Assembly (NCBI GenBank): GCA_053919585.1
Contig: CM132790.1
From: Euprymna scolopes
Lineage: Eukaryota
Strand: one strand, 5' to 3'
DNA length: 64,000 nucleotides
This document shows positions 39,201-51,571 of this stretch, piece by piece (within the stretch, counting starts at the first letter, position 1; each line of letters begins with the position of its first letter). The notes beneath the pieces are model-generated. The model was not told the DNA's origin, searched no databases, and saw nothing but the letters and a program-made list of their open reading frames with translations. Both the position numbers and the translations under genes were made by a program.

Positions 39201-42200
39201 CTTACGACCTGAGTCAAGATATCCTCCGCTAGTCTGGCTTACCGGCCGACGTAAGATATCTCCCCGCTAGTCTCGCTTACCAGCCGACACAAGATACCCC
39301 CCACTAGTCTGGTTTACCGGCCGACGCAAGATATCCCCCCCTCGCTAGTCTCACTTACCAGCCGACGCAAGATATCTTCCCGCTAGTCTCGCTTACTGGC
39401 CGACGCAAGATATCCCCCCGCTAGTCTGGCTTACCGGCCGACGTAAGATATCTCCCCGCTAGTCTCGCTTACCAGCCGATACAAGATACCCCCTGCTAGT
39501 CTGGCTTACCGGCCGACGCAAGATATCTCCCCGCTAGTCTCGCTTACAAGCCAACGCTAGATATCTCCCCGCTAGTCTCGCTTACCGGGCCGACGCAAGA
39601 TATCCCCCCGCTAGTCTGGCTTACCGGCCGACGTAAGATATCTTCCCGCTAGTCTCGCTTACCAGCCGACGCAAGATATCTCCCCGCTAGTCTCGGTTAC
39701 CAGCCGACGCAAGATATCTCCCCGCTAGTCTCGCTTACCAGCCGACGCAATATATCCCCCGCTAGTCTCGCTTACCAGCCGATTCAAGATATCCCCCGCT
39801 AGTCTCGCTTACCAGCCGATGCAAGATATCTCCCGCTTGTCTCGCTTACCAGCCGATGTAAGATATCCCCCGCTAGTCTCGCTTACCAGCCGATGCAAGA
39901 TATCCCCCGCTAGTCTCGCTTACCAGCTGATGGCAGATATCCCCCGCTAGTCTCGCTACCAGACGATGCAAGATATCCCCCGCTAGTCTCGCTTACCAGC
40001 CGATGCAACGTATACTCCGCTAGTCTCGCTTACCAGCCGCCGCAAGCTATCCCCCGCTAGTCTCGCTTACCAGCCGATGCAAGATATCCCCCCGCTAGTC
40101 TCAATTACCGGCTGACGAAAGATATCCCCCACCATCTCGCTTACCAGCTGACGCAAGATATCCTCCGCTAGTCTCGCTTTCCCGCCGGCGCAAGATAACC
40201 CCCTCCGCTAGTCTCACTTACCAGCCGACGCAAGATATCTCCCCGCTAGTCTCGCTTACCGGCCGACGCAAGATATCCCCCCGCTAGTTTGGCTTACCGG
40301 CCGACGTAAGATATCTCCCCACTAGTCTCGCTTACCAGCCGACACAAGATACCCCCCGCTAGTCTGGCTAACCGGCCGACGCAAGATATCCCCTGCGCTA
40401 GTCTCACTTACCAGCCGACGCAAGATATCTCCCCGCTAGTCTCACTTACCGGCGGACACAAGATATCCCCTCGCTAGTCTGGCTTACCGGCCGACGTAAG
40501 ACATCTCCCCGCTAGTCTCGCTTACCAGCCGACACAATATACCCCCCGCTAGTCTGGCTTACCGGCCGACGCAAGATATCCCCCCGCTAGTCTTACTTAC
40601 CAGCCGACGCAAGATATCTCCCCGCTAGTCTAGCTTACCGGCCGACGCATGATATCCCCCCGCTAGTCTGGCTTACCGGCCGACGTAAGATATCTTCCCG
40701 CTAGTCTCGCTTACCAGCCGACACAAGATACCCCCCGCTAGTCTAGCTTACCGTCCGACACAAGATATCCCCCCCGCTAGTCTCACTTACCAGCCGACGC
40801 AAGATATATCCCCGCTAGTCTCGCTTACCGGCCGACGTAAGATATCTCCCTGCTAGTCTCGCTTACCGGCCGACGCAAGATATCCCCCCGCTAGTCTGGC
40901 TTACCGGCCGACGTAAGATAGCTCCCGCTAGTCTCGCTAACCAGACGACACAAGATACCCCCCGCTAGTCTCGCTTACCGGCCGACGCAAGATATACCCC
41001 CCGCTAGTCTCACTTACCAGCCGACGCAAGATATCTCCCCGCTAGTCTCGCTACCAGATGATGCAAGATATCCCCCGTTAGTCTCGCTTACCAGCCGATG
41101 CAACGTATACTCCGCTAGTGACGCTTACCAGCCGCCGCAAGATATCCCCCGCTAGTCTCGCTTACCAGCCGATGCAAGATATCCCCCCGCTAGTCTCAAT
41201 TACCGGCTGACGAAAGATATCCCCCACCATCTCGCTTACCAGCTGACGCAAGATATCCTCCGCTAGTCTCGCTTACCCGCCGGCGCAAGATATCCCCCCC
41301 GCTAGTCTCACTTACAAGCCGACGCAATATATCTCCCTGCTAGTCTCGCTTACCGGCCGACGCAAGATATCCCCCCGCTAGTCCGGCTTACCGGCCGACG
41401 TAAGATATCTCCCCGCTAGTCTCGCTTACCGGACGACGTAAGATATCCCCCCGCTAGTCTGGCTTACCGGCCGACGTAAGATATCTCCCCGATAGTCTTG
41501 CTTACCAGCCGACACAAGATATCCCCCGCTAGTCTCGCTTACCAGCCGATGCAAGATATCCCCTGCTAGTCTCGCTTACTAGCCGATGCAAGATATCCCC
41601 CGCTAGTCTCGCTTACAAGCCGATGCAAGATATCCCCCGCTAGTCTCATTTACCGACCGACGAAAGATATCCCCCACCACGTGTCTCTCTTACGACCTGA
41701 GTCAAGATATCCTCCGCTAGTCTGGCTTACCGGCCGACGTAAGATATCTCCCCGCTAGTCTCGCTTACCAGCCGACACAAGATACCCCCCGCTAGTCTAG
41801 TTTACCGGCCGACGCAAGATATCCCCACCTCGCTAGTCTCACTTACCAGCCGACGCAAGATATCTTCCCGCTAGTCTCGCTTACTGGCCAACGCAAGATA
41901 TCCCCCCGCTAGTCTGGCTTACCGGCCGACGTAAGATATCTCCCCGCTAGTCTCGCTTACCAGCCGATACAAGATGCCCCCTGCTAGTCTGGCTTACTGG
42001 CCGACGCAAGATATCTCCCCGCTAGTCTCGCTTACAAGCCAACGCTAGATATCTCCCCGCTAGTCTCGCTTACCGGGCCGACGCAAGATATCCCCCCGCT
42101 AGTCTGGCTTACCGGCCGACGTAAGATATCTTCCCGCTAGTCTCGCTTACCAGCCGACGCAAGATATCTCCCCGCTAGTCTCGGTTACCAGCCGACGCAA

Positions 42201-45200
42201 GATATCTCCCCGCTAGTCTCGCTTACCAGCCGACGCAATATATCCCCCGCTAGTCTCGCTTACCAGCCGATGCAAGATATCCCCCGCTAGTCTCGCTTAC
42301 CAGCCGATGCAAGATATCTCCCGCTAGTCTCGCTTACCAGCCGATGTAAGATATCCCCCGCTAGTCTCGCTTACCAGCCGATGCAAGATATCCCCCGCTA
42401 GTCTCGCTTACCAGCTGATGCAAGATATCCCCCGCTAGTCTCGCTACCAGACGATGCAAGATATCCCCCGCTAGTCTCGCTTACCAGCCGATGCAACGTA
42501 TACTCCGCTAGTCTCGCTTACCAGCCGCCGCAAGATATCCCCCGCTAGTCTCGCTTACCAGCCGATGCAAGATATCCCCCCGCTAGTCTCAATTACCGGC
42601 GGACGAAAGATATCCCCCACCATCTCGCTTACCAGCTGACGCAAGATATCCTCCGCTAGTCTCGCTTACCCGCCGGCGCAAGATATCCCCCCCGCTAGTC
42701 TCACTTACCAGCCGACGCAAGATATCTCCCCGCTAGTCTCGCTTACCGGCTGATGCAAGATATCCCCCTGCTAGTCTGGCTTACCGGCCGACGTAAGGTA
42801 TCTCCCCGCTAGTCTCGTTTACGCGCCGACACAAGATACCCCCCGCTAGTCTGGCTTACCGGCCGACGCAAGATATCCCCCCGCTAGTCTGGCTTACCAA
42901 CCGACGTAAGATATCTTCCCGCTAGTCTCGCTTACCAGCTACCACAAGATACCCCCCGCTAGTCTGGCTTACAGGCCGACGCAAGATATCCCCCCCGCGC
43001 GTCTCACTTACCAGCCGACGCAAGATATCTCCCCGCTAGTCTCGCTTACCGGCTGACACAAGATATCCCCCCGCTAGTCTGGCTTACCGGCCGACGTAAG
43101 ACATCTTCCCGCTAGTCTCGCTTACCAGCCGACACAATATACCCCCCGCTAGTCTGGCTTACCGGCCGACGCAAGATATCCCCCCGCTAGTCTCACTTAC
43201 CAGCCGACGCAAGATATGTCTCCGCTAGTCTCGCTTACCGGCCGGCGCATGATATCCCCCCGCTAGTCTGGCTTACCGGCCGACGTAAGATATCTTCCCG
43301 CTAGTCTCGCTTACCAGCCGACACAAGATACCCCCCGCTAGTCTGGCTTACCGTCCGACACAAGATATCCCCCCCGCTAGTCTGATTTACCAGCCGACGC
43401 AAGATATCTCCCCGCTAGTCTCGCTTACCGGCCGACGCAAGATATCCCCCCGCTAGTCTGGCTTACCGGCCGACGTAAGATATCTCCCTGCTAGTCTCGC
43501 TTGCCGGCCGACGCAAGATATCCCCCCGCTAGTCTGGCTTACCGGCCGACGTAAGATAGCTCCCGCTAGTCTCGCTAACCAGCCGACACAAGATACCCCC
43601 CGCTAGTCTCGCTTACCGGCCGACGCAAGATATACCCCCCGCTAGTCTCACTTACCAGCCGACGCAAGATATCTCCCCGCTAGTCTCTCTTACCAGCCGA
43701 CGCAAGATATCCCTCCGCTAGTCTGGCTTACCGGCCGACGTAAGATATCTTCCCGCTAGTCTCGCTTACCAGCCGACACAAGATACCCCCCGCTAGTCTG
43801 GCTTACCGGCCGACGCAAGATATCCCCCCCGCTAGTCTCACTTACCCGCCGACGCAATATATCTCCCTGCTAGTCTCGCTTACCGGCCGACGCAAGATAT
43901 CCACCCGCTAGTCCGGCTTACCGGCTGACGTAAGATATCTCCCCGCTAGTCTCGCTTACCGGCCGACGCAAGATATCCCCCCGCTAGTCTTGCTTACCGG
44001 CCGACGTAAGATATCTCCCCGCTAGTCTCGCTTACCAGCCGACACAAGATACCCCCCCGCTAGTCTCGCTTACCGGCCGACGCAAGATATCCCCCCCGCT
44101 AGTCTAACTTACCAGCCGACGCAAGCTATCTCCCCGCTAGTCTCGCTTACCAGCCGACGCAATATATTCCCCCGCTAGTCTGGCTTACCGGCCGACGTAA
44201 GATATCTCCCCGCTAGTCTTGCTCTCCAGCCGACACAAGATATCCCCCGCTAGTCTCGCTTACCAGCCGATGCAAGATATCCCCCGCTAGTCTTTCTTAC
44301 CAGCCGATACAAGATATCCCCCGCTAGTCTCGCTTACCAGCTGATGCAAGATATCCCCCGCTAGTCTCATTTACCGACCGACGAAAGATATCCCCCACCA
44401 CGTGTCTCTCTTACCAGCTGAGTCAAGATATCCTCCGCTAGTCTGGCTTACCGGCCGACGTAAGATATCTCCCCGCTAGTATCCATTACCAGCCGACACA
44501 AGATACCCCCCGCTAGTCTCGTTTACCGGCCGACGCAAGATATCCCCCCCCGCTAGTCTCACTTCCAGCCGACGCAAGATATCTTCCCGCTAGTCTCGCT
44601 TACTGGCTGACGCAAGATATCCCCCCGCTAGTCTGGCTTACCGGCCGACGTAAGATATCTCCCCGCTAGTCTCGCTTACCAGCCGACACAAGATACCCCC
44701 TGCTAGTCTGGCTTACCGGCCGACGCAAGATATCTCCCCGCTAGTTTCGCTTACGAGCCGACGCAAGATATCTCCCCGCTAGTCTCGCTTACCGGCCGAC
44801 GCAAGATATCCCCACGCTAGTCTGGCTTACCGGCCGACGTAAGATATCTTCCCGCTAGTCTCGCTTACCAGCCGACGCAAGATATCTCCCCGCTAGTCTC
44901 GGTTACCAGCCGACGCAAGATATCTCCCCGCTAGTCTCGCTTACCAGCCGACGCAATATATCCCCCGCTAGTCTCGCTTACCAGCCGATGCAAGATATCC
45001 CCCGGTAGTCTCGCTTACTAGCCGATGCAAGATATCCCCCGCTAGTCTCGCTTACCAGCCGATGCAAGATATCCCCCGCTAGTCTCGCTTACCAGCCGAT
45101 GCAAGATATCTCCCCGCTAGTCTCGGTTACCAGCCGATGCAATATATCCCCCGCTAGTCTCGCTTTCCAGCCGACGCAATATATCCCCCGCTAGTCTCGC

Positions 45201-46901
45201 TTACCAGCCGATGCAAGATATCTCCCCGCTAGTCTCGCTTACCAGCCGATGCAATATATCCCCCGCTAGTCTTGCTTACCAGCCGACGCAATATATCCCC
45301 CGCTAGTCTCGCTTACCAGCCGATGCAAGATATCTCCCCGCTAGTCTCGGTTACCAGCCGATGCAATGTGTCCCCCGCTTGTCTCGCTTACCAGCCGACG
45401 CAATATATCCCCCGCTAGTCTCGCTTACCAGCCGATGCAAGATATCTCCCCGCTTGTCTCGGTTACCAGCCGATGCAATATATCCCCCGCTAGTCTCGCT
45501 TACCAGCCGATGCAAGATATCCCCCGCTAGTCTCGCTTACCAGCCGATGCAAGATATCTCCCCGCTAGTCTCGCTTACCAGCCGATGCAATATATCCCCT
45601 GCTAGTCTCGCTTACCAGCCGACGCAATATATTCCCCGCTAGTCTCGCTTACCAGCCGATACAAGATATCTCCCCGCTAGTCTTGGTTTCCAGCCGACGC
45701 AAGATATCCCCCGCTAGTCTCGCTTATCAACCGACGCAATATATCCCCCACTTGTCTCGCTTACCAGCCGATGCAAGATATCCCCCGCTAGTCTCGCTTA
45801 CCAGCCGATGCAAGATATCCCCGCTAGTCTCGCTTACCAGCCGATGCAAGATATCCCCCGCTAGTCTCGCTTACCAGCCGATGCAAGATATCCCCCGCTA
45901 GTCTCGCTTACCAGCCGATGCAAGATATCCCCTGCTAGTCTCGCTTACCAGCCGATGCAACATATACCCCGCTAGTCTCGCTTACCAGCCGACGCAAGAT
46001 ATCCCCCGCTAGTCTTGCTTACCAGCCGATGCAAGATATTCCCCCGCTAGTCTCATTTACCGGCCGACGAAAGATATCCCCCACCACGTGTCTCGCTTAC
46101 CAGCTGACGCAAGATATCCTCCGCTAGTCTCGCTTACCCGCCGGCGCAAGATATCCCCTCCGCTAGTCTCGCTTATCCGACGAGGCAAGATGTCCTCCGC
46201 TAGTCTCGCTTACCGGCCGACGCAAGATTTCTTCCCGCTAGTCTAGCTTACCGGCCGACGCAAGATATCTCCCTTCACTAGTCTCGCTTACCAGCCGACG
46301 CAAGATACCCCCCTGCTCGTCTCGCTTACCTTCCGACGCAAGATATCCCCTTCGCTAGTCCCGCTTACCGGACGACGCAAGATATCCCCCGGTTAGTCCC
46401 GCTTACTAGCCGACGCAAGATATCCCCTCTGCTCCTCTCGCTTACCGGACGACGCAAGATATTCCCTTCGCTAGTCCCGCTTACCGGACGACGCAAGATA
46501 TCCCCCGGTTAGTCTCGCTGACCAGCCGACGCAAGATATCTCCCCGCTAGTCTCGCTTAACAACCGACGCAACATATACCCCCCGCTAGTCTCGCTTACC
46601 AGCCGACGCAAAATATCCCCAGCGCTAGTCTCACTTACCGGCCAAGGCAAGATATCCCCACCCGCTAGTATCGCTTACCGGCCAACGCAAGATATCCCCC
46701 ACCCGCTGGTCTCGCTACCGGCCGATGCAAGATATCCCCCCATAGCTAGTCTCGCTCACCAGCCGACGCAAGATATCTCCCTGCTAGTCTCGCTTACCGA
46801 CCGACGCAAGATATCCCCCCTGCTTGTCTCGCTTACTAGCCGACGCAAAATAATTCCCCCCGCTTGTCTCGCTTACCAGTCAACTCAAGATATCTACCCG
46901 C
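21291..46901. repeat. Tandem satellite array, 37-39-bp monomer, roughly 675 copies, with higher-order structure
   Basis: Consensus TCTCGCTTACC(A/G)GCCGA(C/T)GCAAGATATC(T)CCCCGCTAG; uninterrupted, single orientation, diverged monomers at both edges. Confidence 0.99.
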
Positions 46902-46909
46902 CTAAGCAC

Positions 46910-47310
46910 ACCGAATTTAATTTTAAATTTCTCCTTAAATAAACGACGACTTCCTAAATATATGCCGACCGAATTGCATTGTAAGTTCTTTTAAAATCGA
47001 CGATATTTTTTAAACAAAAGCGTTCGACTCGAATCGTAAATTCATAAATAACTCGTGTATAAGCGACTGCTTTTTTTTCTTTTTCCAAAAGACGACAGAA
47101 TTTCACTTCAGAGTGCTCGTTTAAAACGACCATATTTAAATATATACAAGTTGACCGAATCGTATAAAGCTCCTTTAAAACGACGTTTTTTTCAAAACGA
47201 ATTCCACTAGAATTGGCCTTTTATAAAAGAACTCATTCATTTAAAAGCGACGATTCTTTTTCCAACACAGCAGGATTTCATTTCAAATTCCGCATTGAAA
47301 ACGACTTGCA
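46910..47310. repeat. Degenerate ~55-65-bp AT-rich tandem repeat (about 7 units) abutting the satellite
   Basis: Recurrent GACCGAAT...TTTAAAACGAC-like motif pair. Confidence 0.6.
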
Positions 47311-47569
47311 GGTGCACATAAAAAATGATCCCAAAGTCCGAGTTTCGAACGCGTGTTTAACTTCATCACATCAAATTTTCACGATGACAATTAAAAAGGA
47401 CAGTCCAACGAACCCTTGTAAGAAGTCACAGAAGATTCTCTCCGAACCTGCAGGCTGTTTAACTCGATATTCAGGGTCCTTCCACTAAAGAGATACGCGC
47501 TGGCAGGCATTCAGCCCAGGAAGACGCCATCACAGAAATTAATTCGTTCGACGGGAACCTATTGCAAAA

Positions 47570-47710
47570 TGTGGCGAATTTTCCTTGTGCTTGGCTTGAA
47601 ACAAGGAGAAAGTTGTTGCAACAGGTTGCCGTGTTACGACCGCTAAGGTCTCGAAGCACTAATGTGCGTCCAAGCTCTCCCACTGCCCGAATGCCAATGC
47701 CTAAAAAAGC
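47570..47710 (+). repeat. Direct repeat, copy 2 (right of the satellite), runs into the gap
   Basis: Matches 20886-21023; offset 26684 bp. Confidence 0.92.
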
Positions 47711-47843
47711 NNNNNNNNNNNNNNNNNNNNNNNNNNNNNNNNNNNNNNNNNNNNNNNNNNNNNNNNNNNNNNNNNNNNNNNNNNNNNNNNNNNNNNNNNN
47801 NNNNNNNNNNNNNNNNNNNNNNNNNNNNNNNNNNNNNNNNNNN
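47711..47843. other. Assembly gap (N run)
   Basis: Direct reading. Confidence 1.
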
Positions 47844-49769
47844 GCCAACGATTCCTTACTTATTTTCTTTATATTCTACAATACTTTTTTATATACTGCA
47901 TAAAAATTTAAGTTTTGGTATTATTTTCGGAAAGTTACAGCTCATGTAATTTATGCTCTACATTATTTATAGCTTGCCCATCCAAAAACCACTTCGTGTC
48001 GATTGAATGAAGTTATACGCAATTCAATCCAATAGCGTAGACCTTTTAGCATTCGTCACCAACGATGGAGTCGAGCTGTCAAGTATTTTTTACTGGATTT
48101 TATGTTTGTCTTACGTTTAGTGAAAATTATCCTTCATCGTCTAGTAGATTGTCACTTAGAATTTATTTTACACATTCTGACGTTGCGCACCGTCTTAACT
48201 GAACAATTTACACATATATTTTGAGAGTTCTATTAAACTAATGTAATGCAATGCATGAGAAAAACTAGGAAAAAACAATTATGGGCGTCAAATATGTAAG
48301 ACCTTGTTTAGCAATCAATGTTTTTTTTTCAAATGTTTTGTATTATTTGTGTTTTTTTTTTTCTGAACTATTAATTTATTTTGAATCGGTTGTTTTTTGT
48401 TAACATAGAACTTAAACGCGTATTAAGCCATGATACGGTTAATACGTTATCACTAAGGCTATAACAACACCATATTTTTTTCCTTGTTTTGATTCCAAGG
48501 AATATATCCGTTGATAGCTCATATGTTTTATGTAGAGTGATGTGGTTCTCGGTTTATTAATTGCGTCTTACTGTGTCAGATATATACTCGAGTTTCAAAA
48601 CAATGAAAAGAATATGATGTTGTTATGCCCTGGCATTACGTTAAGATTGAACTAATCTTGACATTTCTACGATTTCTATTCTGGCATATACTTAGGCCTA
48701 TAGGCAATATTGTAATTACAAGTGTCATCTGAAAGGTTATCAAGTAATCTAAGATATTATCGATAAACGGCACGATTTGCTTTTTTGAATCAACCGCCAG
48801 CCATTCATAGGATTAATAATAGAAACGAGGGAAAACGCATGAACTTTATGAATTCTCACAGAAGTGATAGTTGTAATACTGTTGATAATATTAATTGCAT
48901 ACTTAGAATATTGTGGTTAATTCTCATCGGACTTTTTTTAAATAACGGAAAATAAATATTCCGTATCAGACTTATTTGTATATAGAATAGTGTGGAAGAC
49001 TGGCTATGAATATTTGGAATGACAATTATTCTAGGATTAGAGTATTCTCTCTCTGTGTCATGTGTTCGAATTTATTAGATGAGTGTTCATAATCTGTATT
49101 ATTAGGATCATTCGGACTACTTTTCTCAATTTATACGTTATTCGCAACAACGTCTACGTCGGTGTATCCTCTGATTCTCTTACAGTAAACAGAACGCTCA
49201 ATGTTCCCATGAACACATTATGCAGCGCATAAACTGCAGTTACACGTACTATTTTTCGGTTTTCTTGAATTTGACTTCTGAGTTTAGTTGAAAGCAAAAT
49301 ATAAGAAAAATATTAAAGCCTTTCGCGCTTGCATTACTGTAGAAATATCTGGCCGCGTTATTGAATTCCTGCCTTGATTTAGACAGGTTATGCAGAATTT
49401 AGAGTCTGATGCAAATATATACGGCTTTAAGACGCCGCTGAGTTTTCAAAGAATGCCATTAAAACAAGTGGATCATTATTAGAGTCATAAACATGATATA
49501 ATATTTTGTAATAATCGCACAATTCTGACAAAATTTTAAACAGACATTTTATATTAAGATAAGCAGAAACACAACCGTTGTTGTATATGCCTGATAAAAT
49601 ACGCTTATAGATATAGCATTAGAAAATGAAAACCCAATGAAATATGCCTGCACGAGAAACTTTTGAGGCCAGACTTACAGGTTTACAGATTCTTTAACTA
49701 CCTCTTTCTCGCTCATTCTCCATCTTTCTCTCTCTCTATCTTTCTTTCTCTATATATAATTATATATGC

Positions 49770-49809
<40 letters not shown>

Positions 49810-49819
49810 GTCGTATGTC

Positions 49820-50290
49820 AGATCATGCCATATGCTACTGGCACCATGTAACCCAGTATTACCTGACTAATAGTCGGGTCATCGACGACTAAACTGGTTC
49901 CCTCACCAAACTTGTTTGGTAAGGAGGGTGGCTAGTCTCCCTGAAGGATTAAAAACAAAACCTTCCAAAGGGTGAATGAACTATTTTTCGGGGTCAACGG
50001 CCAACTAGCACCGTGTGTGTTTGTGTGTATGTATGTGTGTGTTGGGGCGGAGAGGGCTCCCGTAAGCCGGGATGAAGGCAACCTTTATAGGAGAAGCAAA
50101 TCTACGATTTAAAAACCATACAGCGGGAGACCAGTTCCCGCATTTAGCTAGTCTGCACTTTAACTTGTTGCTGGCAATCTTGCTCTTGCTAGTTGCTGGA
50201 TCTCAACATTTTGAACCGAGAGAGAGACTTAGCTGTCGTACAAAGCTAAGACTCTATAACATCATCTGTATGTAGATACTCCCTCAAGTG
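49820..50290 (+). mobile_element. Possible 5' non-coding fragment of an RTE-clade retroelement
   Basis: GC-richer island between (TA)n tracts; GGCAACCTTTATAGGAGAAGCAAATCTACGATTTAAAAACC resembles a motif I recall from RTE 5' UTRs; no ORF support. Confidence 0.3.
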
Positions 50291-50559
50291 TTTGTCTATT
50301 AAAATGGTCCCGTGGGGATGGAAGTAATTTTTGGGCTCATGAACTTTTAAGTGTATGAGGGAATGGCACTCGTCTGACAAGACGTTGCAATCATCATGTA
50401 TATATATGTATATATAAGTACTTATATAAATATATATATATATATATATGCCTTATTGTCCTGATTGTTGTGGAATCTGAAGAAATATTTGAAAATATTG
50501 CTAATTTTCTCTATTTTTGGTAATTTAAAGTGTGTATCACTTTATTGCGAGTCTCCTAA

Positions 50560-51523
50560 ATGCACGGAAAGAGGCGACTGACGACTAGTGAAAAGGAGCG
50601 TGCTGTTGCAGACCTTGCAGAAGGTTTATCTCTCGTAAATCTAGCCAAGGAGCTTGAAAGAGATTGAAGAACTTTATCTTCACTCGTTGAACATCCGAAC
50701 ATCACACCAAGGAGGACAAAAACACAAATAAATCTGTTTCTCCTCGTCAGGTTAGACAACTTCGCCGTCAACTCATCAAGCAGTCGGGCAGCATCTGTGT
50801 TGCTATATTACTTAGTGCTGGAATATCTTCCCTGTCTGGAAAGACACGCCGCAATGTCTAAAACGAAATTGCAAAAAGCATTAAACCCATAGGAAGACAT
50901 GTTTTTAACCAAACTCATAAGCAATAAACGTTTATTTGTGCTCAGAAATACATGAAAATTAGCTTGGAAAATGTTCCTCTCAATGATGGATTAGATGGTT
51001 GGGTTAAATCTTGGAGTCCCTACCCCTCATCGATTCCGTCATCTACATAGAGGTAGAGGTGTCATGTTTTGATTTGTAATAATCTGTGATTAACTAATTG
51101 GACCATTTCGAGTGGCAAAATGATTCAACCTTACAAGCCAGTCTTATATTATATTTTTGAATGAGCATTTGTGACCTTGGAGTGATGACCTTCCCTTGCC
51201 ATCTCACCACAAATTGATTTTTATGCACGATAATGCGCCATACCACTAAGCCAAGTCTACGACATCTTACCTTAAGTAATTAAGCAGTAATGGCGAAAAA
51301 TTGATGACATGGCCACCTTGTTCTCCAGGTATAAACTCAATTGAACATTTTTGGTGAATAATAAAGATAAAAGTTCATGAAATATGTGTTCGATTTTCGT
51401 CGAAGAGTTAACTTTGGAGAAAGATTGTTGAAGTTTCCTATAGGATTATATCACCGATTTACATCATCAGTTGACAAGAGGCTATCCACAATGATTTTTA
51501 AGCGTAGGAGTTATATCGATTAG
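50560..51523 (+). pseudogene. Tc1-family (DD34E) transposase pseudogene
   Basis: MHGKRRLTTSEKERAV...LAKELERD (HTH), DGLDGW, GVMF, FMHDNAPYH, WPPCSPGINSIEHFW; many stops and frameshifts. Confidence 0.85.
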
Positions 51524-51571
51524 TAAATATCGACTGATGCAAAATAATGTGTTCTTCTTTTTTGGTTAATA

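Noticed and set aside
21335-45901. Short repetitive ORFs in the satellite (e.g. LVSLTSRCKISP)
   Set aside because: By-products of the 37/38-bp period; frames reach the CTAG stop within a few monomers
21291-46901. CRISPR array (repeat length ~37 bp)
   Set aside because: Monomers are contiguous with no unique spacers; no cas genes; eukaryotic context
21291-46901. G-quadruplex array on the minus strand
   Set aside because: G4-7 runs are ~31 nt apart, too far for canonical intramolecular G4; not supportable from sequence alone
50473-50510. Hammerhead candidate CTGAAGA...GAAA
   Set aside because: Only 2-3-bp AT stems; expected by chance in AT-rich DNA
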